NCBI GenBank assembly: GCA_040770465.1
Contig: JAXGJB010000020.1
Span: forward strand, 1-44,424
Direction of reading: 5' to 3'
DNA length: 44,424 nucleotides
Source of the DNA: Methanothrix sp.
GTDB lineage: Archaea > Halobacteriota > Methanosarcinia > Methanotrichales > Methanotrichaceae
Positions 37,323 through 44,424 of the stretch are shown in pieces. Position numbers and translations under genes: made by a program. Numbering within the stretch: position 1 is the stretch's first letter; each line of letters begins with the position of its first letter. The notes under the pieces are model-generated. The model did no database searches. It saw only the letters and a list, made by a program, of their open reading frames with translations, and was not told where the DNA came from.

Positions 37323-38029
37323 GTTCCGTCCTCGAGGTCCCGGACCTTCCCGAGCCCTTCGGCCTGGAGCCCGACCCCGTTCAGGTCCTCCTGGATCTCG
37401 CGAGGAAGGGGGAGATCGACCCCTGGGACGTGGACCTCGCCCAGGTGACCGAGAAGTTTCTGGAGAGGATCGAGGCGATGGGGGACCGAGACCTTCCGGC
37501 CCTGGGAAGAACCCTCCTTTACGCCAGCATCCTCCTCAGGATGAAGTCCGACTCCATCGAGGAGGGGGGCGAGGAGCCCGAGGACGACCTCTTCGACGAG
37601 TTCGACGACGAGCCCGTCTTCAGGAGGCGGACCGTCGAAGGTCTCCCGGCTCCGCCGATCAGGAGAAAGACGAGACGGCCCGTCACCCTCGACGAGCTGA
37701 TAGCGGAGCTGAAGAGGGCGGAGAACGTCGCCGAGAGGAAGGTCGTAAGGACGAGGGAGAGGCCCGAGCCGACGGTGGAGGAGGCGATGGAGCGGGCCCA
37801 CGAGGAGGGGATCGAGGACCGGATCCGCTCTCTTCGGGGGAAGATCTTCGAGATGCTCGGGACCGCGGATCGGGTCTCCTTCTCCGACGTCGGCGAGGGC
37901 GACATTTTGAACTACGTCTCGGTTCTGTTCATGGCCGGCAGGAGGGAGATCTGGCTTGAGCAGGAATCCCTCTTCGGCGAGCTATTTATACGCAGGCACC
38001 CCGACGGGAAGGGGGAACCGTCGGCGTGA
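37310..38029 (+). CDS. scpA: Segregation/condensation protein A (kleisin)
   Basis: Motifs IDPWDVDL, A..LLRMKS, RPVTLDELI, LEQE..FGE. Follows smc. Confidence 0.93.
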   Translation: MSQLSSVLEVPDLPEPFGLEPDPVQVLLDLARKGEIDPWDVDLAQVTEKFLERIEAMGDRDLPALGRTLLYASILLRMKSDSIEEGGEEPEDDLFDEFDDEPVFRRRTVEGLPAPPIRRKTRRPVTLDELIAELKRAENVAERKVVRTRERPEPTVEEAMERAHEEGIEDRIRSLRGKIFEMLGTADRVSFSDVGEGDILNYVSVLFMAGRREIWLEQESLFGELFIRRHPDGKGEPSA

Positions 38030-38041
38030 GGTGTATCTGAT

Positions 38042-39085
38042 TTGTCATCTGAGGACGAGGACCTGGCGGCGGTGGTGGAGGCCGCCCTCTTCGCAGCCGG
38101 AAGGCCCCTCTCGATCGGGGAGATCGCGGAGCTGACCGACCTTCCAGCCAGGACCGTCAGGGCTCTGGCCGAGGGGCTGGTCCGGGAGTACTCCGAGAGG
38201 GGGGGCGGGATCGAGGTTAGGGAGTTTGAGGACCGGTTCGTGATGCAGGTCCGATCCTCCGTCGCCGACCGGGTGAGCAAGGTCGGCCCCAGGGAGCTGG
38301 AGGCCCCGCTCCTGCGGACCCTTGCCATCATCGCCTACAACCAGCCGATAGCCCAGAGCGAGCTTGCGAGGCTCCGGGGGAACAAGAGCTACGGCCACGT
38401 CAAGGAGCTGGAGGATCTCGGCCTCATCCAGGCCGAGAAGGAGGGGAGGACGAAGATCATCACCACCACCAAGAACTTCGCCGAGTACTTCGGCCTCGAC
38501 TTCGACGATCCCGACTTCGTCAAGAGGGTTTTGAAAGAGAGAAAGAGGCTCGGTGTCACCCCCATGTACAGGAGCCTCGCCGAGAGGATGGGCCTTGAGT
38601 TTGCGGTCGTAAATCCTTACAACCCCTACAAAAACGACATCCAACTGATGAAGAGGCTTGACCTGTTGGTCATCGCCCCAGGCTATGAGGATCGGGCGAA
38701 AGAGCACTTTTCAGGCGAGCTTATCGGGGCGTCCGTCCGGACCTTCACCCAGCTGAAAGAGAGCATCAACCTGATCGCTGAGAAGGCGGGGCGGTTTGAT
38801 CACGAGAAGACCGAGGCACTTCTGGCGGAGATAGACGCTCTTATCGAGGATTATAGGGAGAGGGCGAGAGGCTCCCGGCCGATCAAGCCCCTCTCGCCGA
38901 TGATCGAGGAGATCGCCCTGGACCTGGGCGTTCCGACGGGCGAGAACGGGATCACAGCAGCCCCCGATTACAAAGAGCTGGCTGCCGAGATCCAGGTCCC
39001 GACCCACCAGCCCTACGATATGGACATCGTCGAGAGGATCAGGGAAAGGTACGAGGCGCTTTTGAGGGGATTGACGGACGATTGA
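38042..39085 (+). CDS. scpB: Segregation/condensation protein B with C-terminal extension
   Basis: VEAALFA, LRTLAIIAYNQP, TT..F.EYFGL, then ~180 additional residues. Confidence 0.9.
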   Translation: MSSEDEDLAAVVEAALFAAGRPLSIGEIAELTDLPARTVRALAEGLVREYSERGGGIEVREFEDRFVMQVRSSVADRVSKVGPRELEAPLLRTLAIIAYNQPIAQSELARLRGNKSYGHVKELEDLGLIQAEKEGRTKIITTTKNFAEYFGLDFDDPDFVKRVLKERKRLGVTPMYRSLAERMGLEFAVVNPYNPYKNDIQLMKRLDLLVIAPGYEDRAKEHFSGELIGASVRTFTQLKESINLIAEKAGRFDHEKTEALLAEIDALIEDYRERARGSRPIKPLSPMIEEIALDLGVPTGENGITAAPDYKELAAEIQVPTHQPYDMDIVERIRERYEALLRGLTDD

Positions 39086-39108
39086 AGTTTGAGACGAGGT
39101 GGATCAAA

Positions 39109-39504
39109 ATGGGAGAAGAGAATGAAGAGATGCAGACGTGCGATCGCTGCGGCCGCGAGTTTCCGGCCGAAGACCTGATCGAGGAGGGCGGGAGCCGGAT
39201 CTGCGAGAACTGCTACATCAGCGCCCACTCAAAGATCAAGGCCTGCGACCCCTGGGCCGTCCGGTCCAAGAAGATCCTGAGGGAGAAGGCGGGGCTCGTC
39301 GGCGCCGAGGGGCTGACCGAGATCCAGAAAAAGCTCTACGATTTCATCGTCTCGCGAGGCGGGGCCACGAGGGCGGAGATCGCAGAAGAGTTCGACCTCC
39401 CTGCCGAGGAGCTTGAAAACCAGTTCGCGATCCTGAGGCACTGCGAGCTGGTGAAGGGGCAGAAGCGGGAGGACGGCGTCTACATCGTCCCCTTCGAGGT
39501 GTGA
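39109..39504 (+). CDS. Zinc-finger/winged-helix hypothetical protein
   Basis: CDRC...CENC, CDPWAV and an HTH-like C-terminus. ATG at 39109 follows gaggtgg. Confidence 0.75.
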   Translation: MGEENEEMQTCDRCGREFPAEDLIEEGGSRICENCYISAHSKIKACDPWAVRSKKILREKAGLVGAEGLTEIQKKLYDFIVSRGGATRAEIAEEFDLPAEELENQFAILRHCELVKGQKREDGVYIVPFEV

Positions 39505-39597
39505 GGATATGGAATTTCTTTTTTGAAGGCTTATTCTGTCTCAAGAAGTAAAGACTTTGGTAGAATAATTCCACCTACAGCTAGTGCAATTTAGGAG

Positions 39598-41286
39598 ATG
39601 TTGCAATTGAATAAAATAGAGAACAAACTGATTCTATCAACAGCGATAGCTTTGATTCTGATCTCTCCTGTCTTGTCCCAGAATGAGGGGCTGACCTATG
39701 AGAATTCCCGTCTCAGCTCGGAACTTATGATCGTTGATTTTACAGATCGCGATCCGATTCATGAAGGTCAGAATTTGAATTATGAGCTTGATGATGGATG
39801 GTGCAATTGCAGCCTTGCAAATGCAAATGAAAGCAACTGCTCTGGTATGTATAGATCCCTGGCTGTTTCAAGAGGGGAGAGGGGTCCGGCATTACAGCTT
39901 CAATACGATTTAGGTGAGACTCCCGATTGCTGGGTCCAGGTAATTTGTGAATTCAATCCACCTCTAGATCTTTCAGCCTACGATCATATGCGTATAAATT
40001 GGACCGGAGATGACTCTTCTGCTAACTCTTTAGAGGTTTTATTGCCTTCGGTTGCAGATGACAACGGAAATCGCACACTTGCGCAAATTGTGTATAATCA
40101 TATCACCCAGAAAGATTGGCCGGGTCATCTGATCATACCATTCAGATCCCTCAAAAGCAACTCCGGCGGAGGACCAGATCTTAAAAATGTAGAACAGATC
40201 CTCATTTCGGTCAAGAACTACAATAATAAATCCGATACCGATCCTGATGATACCGGCGAGAACGGCAATATCACTATTGAGTGCATAAGCGTGCTCAATA
40301 TCGGCTCAAGGGTTATACCATCGGATTTCGAAAAGGTCGAAGCAAACGAAGCTGCGTCCAGAGCTGCGGCCGAGTGGCTTGCCTCTCAGCAACAACCGAC
40401 GGGACTTTTGACGTCCTGGGAGGAGGAACCCGTTTCAAAGGCTCACCTATATGATCAAGCTCTAGCTCTCATCGTCTTTAGCCAAGAAGGGATGTGGGTA
40501 AATGCAGATAAGCTGGTCGGATCGTTGTTCCGGCTGCAAAATGAAGATGGCTCCTGGTATAAGACATATAACCCCTCTGATATGAGAAATATCAGCGATA
40601 ATAAGTGGATTGGAGATATCGCCTGGACTGTCTATGCATTGGATCGTTATCAAGAGCTTGGTGGAGCTGATCCCAACGCCACAATCGCCATGGAAAACGG
40701 AGCAGACTGGATAGAAGGGCAGATAAATTCGAGCAACGGCTGTCTATTAGGAGCGCCTGCTGAGGGAATCATGGATGCATGGTGGGCATTGAAGGCTGCA
40801 GGGCGAGATGATGGAGCTGATTGGCTCAGAGTGTGCCTGCTGGACTCCTACTGGGACGAAGAATTGGGCCGGTTCATGTCTGGCAAAGACGATCCTAAAC
40901 CCGTCCTTGATGTTCAAACCTGGGGGGCATCTTTCTTAAAAGCGATAGGTGAAAAAGAGACGGCTCTGAGAGCTCTGAGCTATGCCAGGGAGGTCCTCAC
41001 CGTATCGTCTAAAGATGGGGAAGTAGTTGGATTGAGTGAACAGGCAGGCCCGTGGTCGGTCTTGAACGAGGGTACAGGACAATACATAGTGGCCGGAGGA
41101 GATGGGAGCAACTACTTCCTGCAGGAGTTGATCTCTCAACAGGAGCTAAATGGTTCCATGCCCGGGTCTCCGGATGACTTCAAGGGAAATGGTATTTGGG
41201 AGACTAGGATGCACGGTGTAGCCCCCACAGCCTGGTTATACTTTGCATCCAGCGATGGCCCATTTAATAATAGCATAGCCTCGTAA
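39598..41286 (+). CDS. Secreted protein with putative carbohydrate-binding beta-sandwich and (alpha/alpha)6-barrel-like domain
   Basis: Signal peptide. DLSAYD...W.G...IPF..L resembles CBM11/CIA30. LQNEDGSW-type repeats in the C-terminal half. Confidence 0.6.
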   Translation: MLQLNKIENKLILSTAIALILISPVLSQNEGLTYENSRLSSELMIVDFTDRDPIHEGQNLNYELDDGWCNCSLANANESNCSGMYRSLAVSRGERGPALQLQYDLGETPDCWVQVICEFNPPLDLSAYDHMRINWTGDDSSANSLEVLLPSVADDNGNRTLAQIVYNHITQKDWPGHLIIPFRSLKSNSGGGPDLKNVEQILISVKNYNNKSDTDPDDTGENGNITIECISVLNIGSRVIPSDFEKVEANEAASRAAAEWLASQQQPTGLLTSWEEEPVSKAHLYDQALALIVFSQEGMWVNADKLVGSLFRLQNEDGSWYKTYNPSDMRNISDNKWIGDIAWTVYALDRYQELGGADPNATIAMENGADWIEGQINSSNGCLLGAPAEGIMDAWWALKAAGRDDGADWLRVCLLDSYWDEELGRFMSGKDDPKPVLDVQTWGASFLKAIGEKETALRALSYAREVLTVSSKDGEVVGLSEQAGPWSVLNEGTGQYIVAGGDGSNYFLQELISQQELNGSMPGSPDDFKGNGIWETRMHGVAPTAWLYFASSDGPFNNSIAS

Positions 41287-41407
41287 TATCAAAAGCGGCG
41301 TATCTCGATTGCTCGTCGAGAATCTCCGCTCATCTCTTTTTTATCTATATAGTTCGAATTAAACCGACGAAAAGAGATTAGAACCACCGGGCATCATCGG
41401 ATTTCGG

Positions 41408-42217
41408 ATGGATGAAGAGACATTAGAAGATCTAGCCAGCTGGTTTCGCGATTACGTGAAGGCCTTCAAGTCCGGCGATCCCGAAAAAGACAGAAACATC
41501 CTTCTGAAGGAGGAGCACACCCGCCGCGTACGCCGGGAGATCCGCGAGATCGGCCTGGCGCTCGGCCTCGCCGACGAGGACCTCCGCCTCGCGGAGGCGA
41601 TGGCCTTATTTCACGACCTCGGCCGCTTCCCCCAGTACGCCACCTACGGGACCTTCTCGGACCGCCGATCCTGCGACCACGCCGCCCTCTCCGTCGAGGT
41701 CCTCCTGGATAACCGGGTCCTCGATCCTCTCGACCCATCGGAGCGGGAGCTCATCCTCAAGGCGATAAGGTACCACAACCGGGCCAGCCTCCCGGAGGAG
41801 GAGTCGGACCGTTGCCTCTTCTTCTCGAAGCTCCTCCGAGACGCCGATAAGCTGGACATCTGGGCCGTCCTCCTCGACTACTACCGGAGGCGCGAGACGG
41901 AAGGGTATCGGAACGCGGCTCTGGAGCTGGACCTACCCGACGAGCCGGGGATCAGCGAGGCGGTCCGTCGCGACATCATGGCTGGAGAGATCGTGAAGCT
42001 CTCCGGCGTAAAACGGCTCAACGACTTCAAGCTCCTCCAGGCGAGCTGGATCTTTGACATAAACTATCGGCCCGCCCTGGTGGCGGTCAGAGATAGGGGC
42101 TACCTCGATACGACCCGAGAGTTCCTCCCCCGATCCGAAGAGGTCGATCGGCTCATCGATCACCTCAAATCCAGGCTCGAAGAGAGGATCGAGACCGAGG
42201 ATGAGGATCCGGCCTGA
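41408..42217 (+). CDS. HD-domain phosphohydrolase
   Basis: Motifs EHT.RV, LFHDLGRF, DHA, I.YHN, LRDADKLDI. Confidence 0.92.
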   Translation: MDEETLEDLASWFRDYVKAFKSGDPEKDRNILLKEEHTRRVRREIREIGLALGLADEDLRLAEAMALFHDLGRFPQYATYGTFSDRRSCDHAALSVEVLLDNRVLDPLDPSERELILKAIRYHNRASLPEEESDRCLFFSKLLRDADKLDIWAVLLDYYRRRETEGYRNAALELDLPDEPGISEAVRRDIMAGEIVKLSGVKRLNDFKLLQASWIFDINYRPALVAVRDRGYLDTTREFLPRSEEVDRLIDHLKSRLEERIETEDEDPA

Positions 42218-42250
42218 TCGACGAGTTCTGTTTCAACGGCGATTTTTGTT

Positions 42251-44278
42251 TCAGCCGGTCGGATCGAGTCCGCTCCTTCTCTCGCCCCCACCGAGGGCCG
42301 CAAGATACTCCAGCACCGCCAGGACGAAGGCGGCGTGGGACCAGGTGAGGGGCAGAACCGACCTCGGGCTGCCGTCGTCGGCCACCTGTTCCGGCAAAAG
42401 GCCCGTGGTGGGATGGGCGTGGTCCGCGCACCACCCTATGAGGTCGAGGGCCCTCTCGAAATTCCCCACCGCCGCGTGCCACGAGGCGAGCCACAACGTG
42501 CAGATGATCCAGCTGTTCATCCGGCCGCCGTACTCGTCGCCTTCGTACCGGGCCACGCCCCCCGACGGCCTCGACAGCTCCCGCTCCACCGCCACCATCG
42601 TCCTTGCGACCCGCGGATCATCGGCGGAGAGAACCCCAAACCACCAGACCGCGAAGAGGGACGAGTCGATGGCCGGGTCGCCGACCGCCCGCCGAAACCG
42701 TCCGAGCCGATCGTCGTAAAGCAGGTCGATGATCGCCGACCGGACCCGCTCGGCTCCCGCCGCCCAGGCGTCGTAGTGGTCATCATCACCGAGGGCGAGG
42801 GCCAGCTCCGCCGCCCCCGAAAGGCCGGCATAAACGGCGCATGCGCTGTAGGTGAAGGCCCCCTTCCTCTCCTCCCAGAGGTCGAAGCTCGGTGGGGGGA
42901 GGCCGGAGTCGTCCAGGGTCCGGAGGAGCCAGCCCGCGGCTGGGGAGACGATCGACCCGAAGTACCTCCCGGCGGTCCAGACGTTTTTCGCAGAGAGCCA
43001 GTTGAAGTATAGGGCGAATAGGGGCAGCCCCGTCTCGTCGATCTGGATCATGGGCACCGGGTGCCAGGTGGACCCGAAATCCCCGGCCGGGGTGTACTTG
43101 TGGAGGAAGTAGCCCCGATCGGTGATCGTCCTCGCGAAGAATCCGAAGACCTCGCAGCTGAGATGGTGGTAGCGCGCCCGGTCGAGGGCGATGGCCGCCC
43201 AGGATGCGTCCCGAGGCCAGCAGTAGGAATAGAGATCGGCTCCGAACTGCCGGATCTCGGAGTCGGAAGAGGCGATCACTGATCCGTTCACGTCCATGTG
43301 GGCCACGGTGGCGATCAGGCTCCGATAGAAGATCTCGCGGACCCTCTCGGGGAGCCGGTCCATCAGCGTCGCCTCGGGAAGGACACAGATCCGTTCGAGA
43401 AAGGAGTTCCAGAAGTTGAAGACGGTCTTGTAGATCTTCGCCCCCTCACCCTTCTTGACTCGCTGGTGGGATCTCATCACGCTCTTATAGCTCTTTCCGA
43501 AGACGATCCAGAGGTGGACCCGCCTCGCCTCTCCCGGCAGAAGCCCCGATATCGTCCAGCCCAGGGTCGAGTCCACCGACCCATGGGCGACGGGGTTTCC
43601 GCTGAGGTCCCTCCCATCCATGATCTCCCTCCAGGTTCCTTCGAGCCCCCGCCACTCGGCGGTCCCCGCTGCAAACTGGTCGAACTTCGGTCGGCTCCCG
43701 TGGAGGATGTACCGATCGCGCTTGTAGTGGATCAGGACGTCCCGGTCCACCACCGCGGTCTCGCCTATCTTGCTCTCGAGAAGCCTGTAGTTCTGGTTGG
43801 AAAAGAGCCTCATGTTCCTCTTCGCCGGGGAGGCGTTCTCCACCTCGAAGATCCTGGAGAAGACGTTGGAGGAGGGATGGACTGCGTCGGTGAGGGTGAC
43901 CTTTATCCCCATGGCGGGATCGAAAAAGACCGTCTCCCCGATGTTCGATATGAGGCCGTGAAGAAAGCCCTCTTCATCGGGCACGGGATCGTTCGCCAGG
44001 GGTTGAGATCCCCTCAAAAACTCTGCGCGAAAGCTCGACTTGTACCTCTGCTGGGGGCTCCAGCCCTCAAACCAGCTGCATCGGCCAGCCCCATCCAGGT
44101 CGCAGATCCCCGACCTGACGGAATAGCCGTGGTTCTCAAGGCCGACGGCGGGGAAGTAGACGTCCCTGATCGTCCCCCTCTCATCCTCGCAGATCAGAAT
44201 CCTGCCGTTTCCGAGCACCAGAGGTCTCGTCAAAACCGATCTCCTCCAAGGGCGGATGAACCGACTTTTGTCGTCCAC
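42251..44278 (-). CDS. Glycoside hydrolase family 15 (glucoamylase-like)
   Basis: Motifs YSYCWPRDA, QIDETG, DLWEER, LLPEQV, PLTWSHA. Confidence 0.93.
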   Translation of the reverse strand: MDDKSRFIRPWRRSVLTRPLVLGNGRILICEDERGTIRDVYFPAVGLENHGYSVRSGICDLDGAGRCSWFEGWSPQQRYKSSFRAEFLRGSQPLANDPVPDEEGFLHGLISNIGETVFFDPAMGIKVTLTDAVHPSSNVFSRIFEVENASPAKRNMRLFSNQNYRLLESKIGETAVVDRDVLIHYKRDRYILHGSRPKFDQFAAGTAEWRGLEGTWREIMDGRDLSGNPVAHGSVDSTLGWTISGLLPGEARRVHLWIVFGKSYKSVMRSHQRVKKGEGAKIYKTVFNFWNSFLERICVLPEATLMDRLPERVREIFYRSLIATVAHMDVNGSVIASSDSEIRQFGADLYSYCWPRDASWAAIALDRARYHHLSCEVFGFFARTITDRGYFLHKYTPAGDFGSTWHPVPMIQIDETGLPLFALYFNWLSAKNVWTAGRYFGSIVSPAAGWLLRTLDDSGLPPPSFDLWEERKGAFTYSACAVYAGLSGAAELALALGDDDHYDAWAAGAERVRSAIIDLLYDDRLGRFRRAVGDPAIDSSLFAVWWFGVLSADDPRVARTMVAVERELSRPSGGVARYEGDEYGGRMNSWIICTLWLASWHAAVGNFERALDLIGWCADHAHPTTGLLPEQVADDGSPRSVLPLTWSHAAFVLAVLEYLAALGGGERRSGLDPTG

Positions 44279-44424
44279 CGTATTTTAACCTGATCTCCCC
44301 GGATGCGGCGTTCTGATCGGCGAGCGTAAACCCCGTTCGATCTTTGAAAATTAATCTTTTATATCAGTAGATGGTAAGTTATTATCCAGGGAGATTGTTA
44401 GCATGAAGGAGATTGAACTTTTGG

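Noticed and set aside
44403-44424. ORF start (MKEIELL) at the window edge
   Set aside because: Only seven codons are visible, so it cannot be assigned.

Overview
Archaeal genomic window, most likely a Methanothrix/Methanosaeta-like methanogen. This is inferred from gene content, TATA/BRE promoters, GAGGTGA ribosome-binding sites and GC-rich core genes. There are four zones. (1) 1-14299: a largely AT-rich glycan/exopolysaccharide locus of two convergent operons separated by IS scars. (2) ~14345-25950: an ~11.6 kb mosaic array of paralogous genes encoding an acylphosphatase-fold domain fused to a coiled coil with a variable 21-bp (MLDKQDQ) tandem repeat. These alternate with about six small toxin-antitoxin-type modules and are joined by recurring non-coding segments, including one with a variable array of 27-bp GATC-initiated repeats. 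No integrase or transposase gene lies in the array. (3) 25947-31215: a decayed glmS, NosD-type and HEAT-repeat genes, a TnpB-derived mini IS605 element, and a further acylphosphatase-coiled-coil gene bracketed by a ~25-bp direct repeat. (4) 31243-44424: GC-rich core genes (radical SAM/SPASM enzyme, Ca/Na antiporter, smc-scpA-scpB, HD protein, GH15) plus a lower-GC secreted protein. The best candidate for an undescribed system is the apparently mobile, domain-shuffling acylphosphatase-coiled-coil/TA cassette array. All family assignments are from motif recognition by eye; no searches were run.
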